64,000 nt of DNA from Octopus vulgaris. Lineage: Eukaryota. The stretch covers positions 123,504,001 through 123,568,000 of the forward strand of contig OX597814.1 of the NCBI GenBank assembly GCA_951406725.2, in the 5' to 3' direction. This document shows positions 40,895 through 53,213 of this stretch, one piece after another. How positions within the stretch are numbered: position 1 is the stretch's first letter; each line of letters begins with the position of its first letter. The translations under genes were made by a program, and so were the position numbers. Below the pieces are notes generated by a model. The model did not search any database. It was given only the letters and a program-made list of their open reading frames with translations, and was not told where the DNA came from.

Positions 40895-41254
40895 CAAATT
40901 TTGAAAAGAATATAAGTGTGATGCAAAAATGGTTAAAAAAAGGTTGCCCAGCACTGAGCTAAACTATGATAGACAGACAAGTACAGGAGTGAAATTAGCA
41001 GGAATGTTGTATTATATTACTCAGAAAACAATTACATTGGATAACCCATGCTAGCATGGAAAGCGGACGCTAAACGATGATGATGATGATGATGAAACAA
41101 AGTTTTTTAACTAATTCAATTTAACTCAATATAATTATATATCACATATATGTAATACATTTGGTGGTGCTGATCTTCATGAAACAGCTGTAGAGTACAA
41201 TTAAAGTATTAATTATATGCAAAATTTAAGCTTATATATATATATATATATATC

Positions 41255-41565
41255 TCACTATCACTATCATGTGACCGACCAGACAATCAGATGTTGTTAC
41301 ACATCGCTGGTCACATTGCGTTCGCATTGTTTTAGCTTTCGAATGACACCACCCAGCTAGCTAAGAGAGCAGGCCAACAGAAGAAAGAGTAGGAGAAAGA
41401 GTGGTGAAAGAATACAGCAGGGATCACCACCCCCTGCCGGAGCCTCGTGGAGCTTTTTAGGTGTTTTCACTCAATAAACACTCACAACGCCCGGTCTGGG
41501 AATCAAAACCGCGATCCTGCGACCGCGAGTCCGCTGCCCTAACCACTAGGCCATTGCGTCTCCAC
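41255..41565 (-). mobile_element. tRNA-derived SINE between (TA)n tracts
   Basis: Minus strand tggcctagtggttagggcagcgg...ggttttgattcccagaccggg head followed by a non-tRNA body. Confidence 0.7.
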
Positions 41566-42011
41566 ATATATATATATATATATATATACACTTATAAACA
41601 TACATATATATATATATATATATACACATATAAACATACATATATATATATATATACACATATAAACATACATATATATATATATATACACATATAAACA
41701 TACATATATATATATATATATTAACATATATATGTAAACATATACATATATACACACACAAATATATATACATATATAAACATATATGTATATACATATG
41801 TACATATATATATATATATATATATAGATAGATAGATAGATAGATAGATATTCATATACATGTACATGTGCATATATATATATAGATATATATATATAGA
41901 TAGATAGAGATAGATATTCATATACATATACAAGTGTGTATATATATATATATACACACATACATATATACATACTTATATATACACATATATACATACA
42001 TATATATACAT

Positions 42012-42066
<55 letters not shown>

Positions 42067-42067
42067 T
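41565..42067. repeat. Compound TA/CA/GATA microsatellite
   Basis: Includes several (TA)n-cacatataaacataca units. Similar tracts at 7720-7868, 12165-12325, 47690-48050, 55036-55137 (TC) and 56255-56405 (CATA/TA). Confidence 0.95.
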
Positions 42068-42980
42068 TCCAGGTTTATAATCTTAAGAATATTACTTTTC
42101 ATGCTCGCATTTTTCTATGTAATCCATGATTTTTCCAGGCATTGCTGCTATAAGACAATAATGTGTCAATTACTAATTTAAGATTTTACCTTATGAAATA
42201 CTGAAAGACAATATTTCAATTTTTCCATGTAAGTGATAATATTTAAATTTTTTTCATGTTTAATTAAAATATATGTTGTGATTGAATTATTTGATATTAC
42301 TCATCCACACCAAATTAATGGCAGGGATTTTTACCATGGCTCACCAAAAATTACAAACAAGACCCCAAAACCATCAGTTACCAGGCTCACCTTAAGTAAC
42401 CTAATTTTGCAATATCAGGAGGTCACAGGAATTCATTCAACGTAAAAAAAAAATTCTAATGATTCCAGGATTGAGGGGGGGGGGGGGGGCACCTAATCTT
42501 TTCTGAACCAAATTAAGGGATTTGCAGCATATTAGGTGATCAGGGTACTTGATTCCATGCTAAAAATACAATTTTTTATTTTTTTTCTTAGTGAAAATCG
42601 TGTGTGATAATATAGAAATTTATCATAATGTTGTTGTTATTTAGCCTCAAATCAACTGATACTGCAAACCAATCATCAAAGACATTCCAGCCTTTAGCAA
42701 ACAATCACTTTAGAGATAACCTAGGACATTATATACAATGGGTGTGTGATTTAGGTAGTAAGATACTTTGGCTTCTATTTTTAGCATGTCGAGCGACCAA
42801 GTAGAGGCTCTTTCATTGGTTCGATTGCATGATGAGATTATTTTACACATCTATGTAATATGTATATATATCATTGGCAGAAGTTAGAGAGTAAGTCAAT
42901 AGCTAAGTGTTTCATGTATTAGCACTTATCAAACACAAATTTGTCCATTGTCATTCTGTAACTTCCGCCGAAATAACTTT

Positions 42981-43370
42981 TAAAATACAAAATTTTGTCA
43001 AAAATGTTAAGAGTAAACCCTGTTATATGTGACACATTCTACCAGTATCGGAAGTTTGAAAGTGTTTAGTTAAAAAAAATTAATCAAATAATTTGTACGT
43101 CTAATTGAATAGATCCGAAATGGATGAAAAGCTCAGTCAACCTCAATGGAATTTGAACTCAGAAAGTAAAGACAGACGAAACACCACTTCTAAAATACAA
43201 AATTTTGTCAAAAGTGTTAAGAGTAAAACCTGTTCTATGTGACACTTTCTACCAGTATCAGAAGTTTGAAAGTGTTTAGTTTTAAAAAATTAAACTAAAT
43301 AATCTATACGTCAAAGTCAACCTCAGTGAAATTTGAACTCAAAACATAAAGACAGACAATATACCATTAA
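42981..43370 (+). repeat. Diverged tandem duplication, period about 210 bp
   Basis: taaaatacaaaattttgtcaaaa... starts at 42981 and 43191; each unit ends in a SINE-A piece. Confidence 0.85.
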
Positions 43371-43925
43371 GCATTTCGCCCAGTGTGCCAATGTTTCTGC
43401 CAGAAATTTTAGAAATATATTCTTTATTCTTATTGCTTAAGTGTTACTCCCTTACTTCTTTACTTACTGACATAAAATTTGTTAATACCATTTTACCTCA
43501 TAACTCTCTTTCTACTAAATTTTGTTCAATGCGACTAGCGATTCTGAATTCCTCATGCATTTTTCTATCATTTAAGCCTAAGAAAAGTATACTTTTAATT
43601 TAAAATTTAAAAATTTATATTAATTGAAGATGAATATTTTCCTTACAGGCTGTAGATATTTTGATGTAACTTTTTTTCTACTGAACCAAATCTCAAAATA
43701 TATTTGCCAAAGTGTAGCTGAGGAGGTGTCCTCTTTAAAGCTATTAACAGTTTGCAATTTAGTTGAGAACTGAATTAGTGATGAAGCTTGGAAGCTAGTG
43801 CCGTTGACAAAATGGTGAACTTAAGAATATATTCAACCACTTCAGTGGTTGAATGATATATATATATATATATCATCATCATCATCATCATCACGTTAAA
43901 CGATGATGATATATATATATATTAA

Positions 43926-43978
<53 letters not shown>

Positions 43979-45366
43979 CATATATATATCGCTGATGTGG
44001 CTGATGACAGTACCGCCTGATTGGCACTCATGCCAGTGGAACATTAAAAGCACCGCCCAAGCATGATCGTTGCCAGCGCCGCTGACTGGCTCCCATAGCA
44101 GTCGCACATAAAAAGCACAATTCACGTGTGATCATTGCCAGCGTTGCCTTATTGGCACATGAAAAACATTTGAGCGTGATCATTGCCAGTGCTGCCGGAC
44201 TGGCTCCGTGAAGGTGGCATGTAAAAGCACCCAATACATTCTCAGAGTGGTTGGCGTTAGAAGGGCATCCAGCTGTAGAAACTTTGCCAGATCAGATTGG
44301 AGCCTAGCGCATCCTTCTGACTCGCCAGTCCTCAGTCAAACCGTTCAACCCATTCCAGCATGGAAAATGGACATTAAATGACGATGATGATATATATATA
44401 TAATTTTATGCCCACTTTCTGTACTATATACAAAATTGGAACTGAACCAAATGGGGATAGAAATGCAACATTCACTTTATTAGAACACAATAAACAGATC
44501 TTTTTCTCTCCCTCTCCTGTGTGTTTATGTATGTATTAACTTTCACCCTAAACAATGAATATATAATACTAATAGTAATTTAATTACAGTAGCAATAGAA
44601 AATTATATGACATCATATCACCACCTATTGTAGAAAGATTTATAATCACGACTCTCATACTTGCTTGAGAAACATATTCTTCGCATATCTGTTAATTTAT
44701 TCCTCTACATGGTCTCCCGATATCTCTAAATACATGACTCTTGAGTTTAAAAAACAAATGGAGAGAGGGGTAGCTGTTGTTTTTGTTTTTCATTTTTTTT
44801 TTAATCTACAACTGGCTGAAGACATGGCAAATGAGAGGTGTCAGTGTCAAGCGTTTCAGCAGGTCGATCAATGTCACAAAATTACAGACACTTACAAGGT
44901 GGCAAGCTGGCAGAACCAATTAGCATGCCGGGCAAAATGCTTAGCAGCATTTCATCTGTCTTTATGTTCCGTGTTCAAATTTCACTGCAGCCAGCTTTCC
45001 CTTTCATCCTTTCGCAGTTGATAAAATAACTACCTGCTTAGTACGAGGTCAATGTAATCAACTTAACCCCCACCCATCAAAATTGCCGGCCTTGTGCCAA
45101 AATTTGACATCAACATTACAAACACTTATTTTATTGTACTCATGTTAAAAGATCACCTAACTGTAAAGATATTCAACCAGCACCAGTTCTACCAAGTCTC
45201 TTCTCGCAGAGCAGAAATGGTAATTTATACATGCGTTTCCCACAGAAGTATCAACAACGAAAAGGAAGGAACTGGGAGTTGAACCTACGGTAAACTTTGT
45301 ATATACAGCAGTATCACACTACCAAATAAATTATTTCTTGTATAGCTATGGTGTTGCAAATTTATT

Positions 45367-45760
45367 GGCGCAGAAGTGGCTGTGTGGTAAGTAGCTTGCT
45401 AACCAACCACATGGTTCCGGGTTCAGTCCCACTGCGTGGGATCTTGGGCAAGTGTCTTCTGCTATAGCCCCGGGCCGACCAATGCCTTGTGAGTGGATTT
45501 GGTAGACGGAAACTGAAAGAAGCCTGTCGTATATATGTATATATATATATATGTATGTGTGTGTGTTTGTCCCCCTAGCATTGCTTGACAACCGATGCTG
45601 GTGTGTTTACGTCCCCGTCACTTAGCGGTTCGGCAAAAGAGACCGATAGAATAAGTACTGGGCTTACAAAGAATAAGTTCCGGGGTTGATTTGCTCGACT
45701 AAAGGCGGTGCTCCAGTATGGCCGCAGTCAAATGACTGAAACAAGTAAAAGAGTAAAAGA
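45367..45760 (+). mobile_element. tRNA-derived SINE family B, full-length
   Basis: gtggctgtgtggtaag (box A), gggttcagtccc (box B), internal (TA)/(TG) tract, aaagagtaaaaga tail. Minus copies near 9170, 13310, 24765, 31585, 33445 and 56055. Confidence 0.88.
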
Positions 45761-47689
45761 GGGATTTTTATGTTTAACGTCTTTTTCCGGTAATGTGAGA
45801 GATCAAAGCTCCACTTATCAACAAGTCCTAAAGAAAAAGGCTATATGTAATTGATACAAGACACTCCAGAAAATGAGGAAAAGAAGAAACATCTACTTGA
45901 CCACCATCATCAGCAGCAGCATAATCATCATTTAACATCTGCCTGCCTTGCTGGCATGGGTTGATCTCTTATAATTCAATTAACATCTAGGATGCATTAT
46001 TGGAATATTAAATCGAATCTGTGCTTAATTGATAGGCATCCTAACGATAGGCATCAACCCCAGAAAGATAAAAGACAAAAATTTTCCTTCATGGGATTTG
46101 AACTTGGAATGTAGAAGGCCTTAACTAATTATTGCTGATATTTTGTCTGATGTTCTGGTTCTGCCAACAGAAGTGAAAACCATTTACTGCTAATTCCTCA
46201 AACCAACATAAGTTTATATTGTTTATCTGTAATATTCTTTCACACTCCCAATAAATTTATCTATCTCATAAAACGGATGGACACAAAAAGAATTAATTTT
46301 AATATTTAGAGAATGGACAAAGATTAGGATCAATAAAATTAAATTAGTGGGGAAGAGAAAGAGGGTGACAGATTAGTGTATGAACGATAATAGTTAATAT
46401 CACTGTCAATAAGGTTCTGTAAATAATATCTCCAGTTATAAATAAGACTAAATACAAACCAAGAGTTCTATATGGTCATTCGATCTGCTAGAAATAATAG
46501 CTAAATCCCTTTCAAATCACAGCCTTATGTTCGAATTGCATGTGAAGCCACTATATATAAGAATACACCCACTGAACATAGTTCTATAAGTCGTCATGTC
46601 AGACAAAAGATGTTGAAGAAGGACAAAGAAGTCAACCACCATTTATGATACCTCACTAATAAATAATACTAATATCCTCACAGCCGAAATTTTCATCCAA
46701 TATGTTTGCTGTTGAAAATAGTATTTATTATTATTTCTAAGCTTTGTCATAAGGCCGGCAATTTTGAGTGGGGTGAGAAGTTGATAACATCGACCGCAGT
46801 GTGCTCAACTGGTACTTATTTTATCGACCCTGAAAAAATAAAAGACAAAGTCGACCTCGGCGGAATTTGAACTCAGAATGTAAAAAGACGGAAGACTAGA
46901 GAGAGCTAAGCATTTTGTCCGACACACTAACGATTCTACCAGCTCGCTTTCATAATAATAATAACAATTGTTTCAAATTTTGCCACAAGGGCAGCCATTT
47001 GAGGGATGGGTAAGTCGACTATATCGACCCCAGTGCGTAACTGATACTTGATTTATCGACCCCGAAAGGATGAAAGGCAAAGTCGACCTCGGCGGAATTT
47101 GAACTCAGAAGGTAACGCTAAGCATTTCGTCCAGCGTGTTAACAATTCTGCCAGCTCGCCATAATAATAATAATAATAACAATGATGATGATATCAGCTC
47201 TCCTTCCCTTCACTGTTTCTATCTAAAAAAAGCAAAAAATCGAAGCCAGGACTAGTAAAGGCTATAGGCACAAAACCACACATTTTGGATCGGGGTTACA
47301 ATCAAATCCAGCACCTCGAGTTTATCGATTTCGATGGATGAAAGACAAAATTTACCGAAACGAGATTTGAACTCCTCAAACATAAAGTAACAAAACTGTA
47401 AGATAGGCATCGTCCTCCTCAATCTTTCATTTCAAGTTCTCTGACTACTCTACACAAGTACTCGCTTTCAAGAGTACACATACCCCTTTGTCAAATATGT
47501 GTCAGTGTGCACTAGGGTAAGTAATTAACTGCAACCTTAGAACCAAAGCAAAATTGTTTAGTTCTTTGGGGGCGGGGTTTCAGAATTACATGTTATTTTT
47601 CTTGGGTTAGAAATTATAATTAAAAAAAAAAACAGGCTATATCTGACCAATATAAACACCGTATTCAATTTTATTTTCATTGATTACTT

Positions 47690-47759
<70 letters not shown>

Positions 47760-47812
47760 GTATGTATGTATGTATATATGTGTGTGTATATATATATATG
47801 TGTGTATGTGTG

Positions 47813-47867
<55 letters not shown>

Positions 47868-47875
47868 GTGTGTGT

Positions 47876-47906
<31 letters not shown>

Positions 47907-47925
47907 ATATATATGTGTGTGTGTG

Positions 47926-48003
<78 letters not shown>

Positions 48004-48877
48004 TATATATATATATGAGACAGAGAGAGACTGGAGAGAGAGAGAGAGCAATCGTAGATATACAACTAAAAATTTCCATACATAAAACATAATTGAATAA
48101 ACTAAAAAGGAATGTGTATAGTTGTGTTTTAAATAGCCAGTGTGTGTCTACGATAATAACCTGTATCATAGGTTCATGGTCACAAATTAAGAGGGAGTAC
48201 AGTCGATTATATATCTACCCCGAAAATATGAATGGCAAAGTTTGATGTAAGCAGGATTTGAACTCAAAACGTAAAGAGGCGTAACATGTCTTAGTTTCAA
48301 CATTCGATTGCAGATCAAATCGGGTGCAGGAATAGAGGAGGGAGGTTACATCAAAAATTCGCTTCGTAATTTGATGCTGTGCGGCACCTTATGTAAGTGT
48401 TCTACTAAAGCTTCGAGCAGATCAAAATTGTGTACGTAAAAATTGGTAGACGGAAACTTAAGTGGAAGCACGTAGTGGCACCGTTCCTATTCTTGGGGTA
48501 GATTGAATTCGTTACTAGATTTAATACTCCCACCTGAGTAGAGTCTGTTCCGTTGCAAGCATTCGGGCCAGATGTCCGGTTCCCCTACCTCCCACCAGGA
48601 ACGGAGACTCCAAAAAGCGCTATGGGCAGCGTTCTACTTCTAAACCTTAAAAAGAATCGCATTAAAAAAATTCGCAGAAAGAAAGGACATGAAGAAACAA
48701 TTGTAAAAGTTTACTTGAATTTGGATATATCACCAAGTATTTGCAACATGGATGAAAAACCATTGAACGAGGTACACACACACACACACAGTGAAAGAGA
48801 GAAAGATAAGTAGATAAAAAGACAGAAGAGAGAGTTAAGTCAATCTGCCACACTTCATTCATCATAAGGACATATAA

Positions 48878-49050
48878 GTGGGGTGATGTCCCCTCAATCA
48901 AGATTTTGGGAAGTCCGATTGAGTAATCGAGGTAAGAGCTGTGTGAATTATGATGTTGGGAGTGGTGGCAGTGGACAGGTAAGCGCATGAAAAAAAGGTG
49001 TGTAGTAGAATGTTGGTGACAAATGTAGACGTGGTGTGATTGGTGGGCGG
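48878..49050. promoter_or_regulatory. Intronic sterol-regulatory module (two SREs, NF-Y, Sp1)
   Basis: GTGGGGTGAT 48878-48887 (exact SRE-1, ATCACCCCAC on minus); GTGGTGTGAT 49031-49040 (ATCACACCAC); ATTGG 49039-49043; GGGCGG 49045-49050. Confidence 0.6.
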
Positions 49051-50000
49051 TCAGGTAGGACATGGTAAAATTATAGGCACGATATGATGGTTACTTTGGA
49101 TCTGTAATGGATCAGTTCCAAGTGAATCCAGTCATTGTTTGTTGATACACATACAATCACACCAAACCAGAAAGAGAGCCCTGAAGCCGTCACTCGAATT
49201 ACTAAAAATAACAGCCAAATTAATCTTTAATCACAGATTATGTGGGTCTCGAAAAAAAAAATTTTTTTTCTGAAAAACAGGATGTTCATGGATGGAATGT
49301 TTTTGATCTTAAGCCTCCTAGGTCAGCGTTGACCTGGAGCTAAATAACATCAACACAATGTATTTGGAAGTTGGAGTGGTAGTAGTACACTATGCATATT
49401 TGTGTGATATGTCAATTTATCAGCTTCTAATAAATGGGATGCACATGTTTAGCGCGCACTTACCACTTAGTGATGACTCGTTTAAGACAGAGCAGAGTTT
49501 GGTGTTTTTGTTGCAAAACACGATCACTTAGATTGAACAGAGTCACGATTAAAAGGCGTTGCAATTATGATCATCCTATTGTCTTCAAAGCATAGTTTAC
49601 CCCTGACTATATTATCCTTTCGGTCTTTAATACGTATTTTTTAAAGAGAGGGTGGTTTGAGGGAGAATTAGCTGCTATTTTTGTAGGTCTAGTGACCTGA
49701 TAGTGGCTTTCCATTGGATCGACATCGACAGAGTTAAAGATCCAGGTAATTCTCTGAATGTTTGTGCAAGTACCATTCTACAGACTGATGCTACCATAAA
49801 GTTTCATTGCAATCACAAACGATATAAAGTAACAATACATCTAAAACATACATTATATATATATATATATACGCGCACATACAAGCAGTATACATATTAG
49901 AATACAGTATGATGCAATTAGATTTGTTATAACGGTAACATGGAGCCAACATACATATACATACACACACACATATATATATTATATGTATGTATGTGTG

Positions 50001-50033
<33 letters not shown>

Positions 50034-50424
50034 ATATATATATAGTGGGTGTGTGTGTGTGTGTATGTATGAATGTTTACTTGGATGTATCTATCAAATA
50101 AAATTATGTACGTGTCTATCAACATTAAACATGTCAGTCTACTATATAGTATGTGGAGAACAGTTTATTGGCATTAGTACACTCATTGATATAATCAAAA
50201 CAAGCACTGGTCGTTACATTTTACATCAGTATACAAAAACAACTACATAAGGTTATCGAAATGTCGAATGGCAGGTGATCCCCGATATCGTAACCACCGT
50301 GTGTTACTGAGTGATGTGGTGTGTGGGTTTGTGTGTGTTTATGTGCGTGTGTGGACGCAAAAGCAGCAGCAATGACAATGGTACCGTAATGTCAATGACG
50401 GACAACAATACTACAAGCACTTAC

Positions 50425-50536
50425 CATCAAGACCGTTTAGCAAGACATTATCGAGATCGGACGATGTAGTAAGGTCCGGCCCTAAATCGGGCAAAGAATC
50501 CGAAGAGATGTATAACCACCTCTGCGAGTCTGCCAT
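50425..50536 (-). CDS. SREBP: SREBP coding exon 1 (acidic transactivation domain)
   Basis: aaagATGG start; translates MADSQRWLYISSDSLPDLGPDLTTSSDLDNVLLNGLD plus one G, then donor G|gtaagt. 112 nt, phase 1. Joins exon 2 to give DLDNVLLNGLDDMIKYI, resembling SREBP-1a DLDAALLTDIEDMLQLI. Too short for the ORF track. Confidence 0.88.
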
Positions 50537-50670
50537 CTTTGTTGTTCAGTGAAGCTTCAACTAACGCCACGAGACGTCAGCCAATCAACACACGTCTTTA
50601 CCATCGGATGATATTTCGTCATCACAGCTGCCGCTCTTGTTTCTACCACTGCCCCTGCTGCCGCGGCTCT
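50537..50670 (-). promoter_or_regulatory. SREBP proximal promoter / 5' UTR
   Basis: CpG-rich relative to the window. Contains CCAAT (50581-50585), a CRE-like gacgtca, CCACG and an SRE-like ctaacgccac just upstream of the ATG. Confidence 0.6.
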
Positions 50671-50939
50671 GCCTGTCTCTCTCTCTTTCTCTCTCTCTCT
50701 GTCTCACTCTTTTTTCCTCTTCCCTGTTTAATTTGTATATATATTTATATATAAATTCTTATGTATATAATATATATATATATATATATAATTTATAAAC
50801 GTGTGACAGAAATAACTATAGATATCATTACATATGTGTGTGTGTGCTTATAGCTGTGTATAGTGTATATAAATGTGTGTGACTGTGTGTGCGTGTGAGT
50901 GTATATATGTGTGTGTGTGTCTGTTAACTCCCACCATAC

Positions 50940-51130
50940 CTTGGAGCTATTGGTAACAACCCGTTAACGACTTGCTATCGTCACTTCCGCTCCGGTTACG
51001 TTTTATCCGGTTGCGCGGGTTTTGTCTCCCGTAAATATTGATTTACTTTGAGCTGACATTATAACCAATCATATTATACAGTCATGTAGTCAAAGCCAGT
51101 TATATTTTCGGTGCTTATTCCATTGGTACC
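50940..51130. promoter_or_regulatory. Second CpG-rich promoter-like segment
   Basis: Cluster of CpGs with cacttccg (ETS-like), two tccggtt and ccaatca near 51065. Confidence 0.4.
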
Positions 51131-51884
51131 AGGCAAATAAAAGACAATATCATCTCCAGTTTGGACTGAATTCCAAACCGAGAGTAGCTAAACTAAATAT
51201 TAAGTTATCTAGTGTGGCTCTGATACAACTGAGATGGGAAGTCGTCCTAAACAGGTTCCGTTTATGAGTGAACAACTGATGTGAAAATGGATGAGCCATA
51301 GAACTGGTAGACGAGTGAATGACGGGAATAAAACCTGAGTGATGATATTTTTGTTGTGTTGTTTCCTTTGCATCCATAATCAAATTTATGACCCCCTAAA
51401 TGAGAAACATTGAAGGAAGGGGATTGTTGGTTTTATTGGCCAGAATATGGATCTGAGGTTAATTAAACAACTTAATTCATCTTCTTCCAAAGAGATGACA
51501 CCCCAAGTAGTTTCCGGTTGGGTATGAAATTTGAACCTACGTACCGCATTCTTGTGCCCAAATCTTTACCGTTTCTGTTATCCAACGAGCCCATTTTAAT
51601 GGTTTCTAACTTAGATACAATGCCACATCTTGTGGGAAGACTACACTCGAACAAATCGGTCACAGTGCTTGGCTAATATTTATTATAAGGATTGCCTTAT
51701 TGATTTTAAAAGGCAAAGTTCACTATCTGTGGGATTTGAATGTAATGTTACTACCTACCATAAGATATTTTATCCATCCCTCCCACGTTCGATCGTCGAT
51801 TACTCATCAAGCATCATAATGAGAAGGCGGATTTAAAATTAAACGGACGCTATTTAATTTTACCAGTCCATATTAACTTTAGAT

Positions 51885-52452
51885 CAGGACTGGCCAACCT
51901 GAGGCCCGCGGCTCGCAGACTTTTATCTTGCGGCGCGCTTGATACTTTCTTGAAATGGGTTTATTTAAACAAACATTTTTTTTAATTTATCAAAAATTAT
52001 TAAAGATCCTAATGAAAAGTAAAAAAGAAAGATACTACTGTTTTTGAAACGATAATATATTTCTTTACAACCCACAAGGAGCTAAACGTAGAGGGGACAA
52101 ACAAGGACAGACAAAGGGATTAAGTCGATTATATCGACCCCGGGGCGAAACTGGTACTTTATTTATCGACCCCGAAAGGATGAAAGGCAAAGTCGACCTC
52201 GGCGGAATTTGAACTCAGAATGTAACGACAGACGAAATACAGCTAAGCATTTCGCCCGGCGCGCTAACGTTTCTACCAGCTCGCCGCCTTTTGCAAGGAT
52301 ATTTCATGTCGAATCAACGACCGCTCATTCATTATTGTAATAATAGCATGAAAAAGGAAAGCGATTTCAATTCTGTCAGTATACAAGTGGCCTTCAAAAA
52401 AACTTTCTGTAATTAAAGTGGCCTGCAATGTTATTCGAGTTGGCCACGCCTG
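51885..52452. mobile_element. hAT-type MITE with nested SINE (about 52063-52290)
   Basis: TIRs CAGGACTGGCCAAC / GTTGGCCACGCCTG; imperfect 8-bp TSD ctttagat / cttgagac. Confidence 0.75.
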
Positions 52453-52746
52453 CTTGAGACCATTTCATATAATTGGTTTTGTATGAAACCTATGTACGAA
52501 GGAAACATCCGACAGTTTGGAATCAGTTATAAAGTGTTATAAGTTGTGATGTACTTATAAATCAATTATAAGTGCATTACAAACTTAGATAAGAAGACAT
52601 TACAGACAGAATAAAAGCTGAAGGATTCCTGTCGTTAGAACTCAGGACACATAAAAACTTTATCACTGTGGACGAAATCTTGCAGAGTTCTTTGATTATA
52701 TGTCAATTATAAAGCATGCTGGAAAAAGTATATGTAACATCAGAAC

Positions 52747-53213
52747 TGTAACGGTTAGTGTTTGTGTCCTCTTCATTGTTTAGTAGTAAACACAGAGAGA
52801 TAGAATGATGTTGTAAGAGAACAGAATTAGAGCTAGAGAGAATTGTAGGGTCTTGTCTCAGAGTTGTTTTCTCCCTCTGACCAAGGTTCTAGCTGGTCAA
52901 CCAGACTTCGTTGAGTAGTCACGACTGTGATGAACTGCTTTTTGCTTGGGATATGCTTGCTTATATAAAGATCCAGAAGGATAGATATATCATTGAGAAC
53001 AATAGATTTAGTCGGTGGTCTTGTTATCTATTCTAGCTTTTGGTGAAGTAGAAGAGGTTAGAAAGGGTCAAGTAGTGAAGACATTATTTCGGCCTAGCTA
53101 AAGGCATCTGGAAAATGTAAAGCTGCTGTCAGAGAAAAACCATTATTCCACCATGGGAAAAGTTCTGTGCAGTGTTAATTTAAATTTGGTTATGGTGGAT
53201 CGAATCTACTTCA
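52747..53213. mobile_element. Possible solo LTR
   Basis: Starts TGTAAC, ends ..CTTCA, internal TATATAA. No target-site duplication found. Confidence 0.25.

Larger units (their letters stand above)
18076..50424 (-). other. SREBP intron 1 (about 32.3 kb)
   Basis: GT..AG interval between phase-compatible exons 1 and 2. No other convincing host exon seen inside. Confidence 0.75.

Noticed and set aside
43831-43854. 10-bp perfect hairpin attcaaccac-ttca-gtggttgaat
   Set aside because: Isolated and short, next to microsatellites, with no supporting context.
46768-46777. SRE-like GTGGGGTGAG
   Set aside because: Lies in the variable G-rich part of a SINE-A copy with no neighbouring NF-Y or Sp1 site.
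41461-48092. Many YI/CV/HT-rich ORFs
   Set aside because: Translations of (TA)n, (TG)n and (CATA)n microsatellites.
48530-48665. Coding alternative first exon downstream of the SRE module
   Set aside because: Candidate donors (gtaggg, gtggga) are weak and mostly the wrong phase for exon 2.
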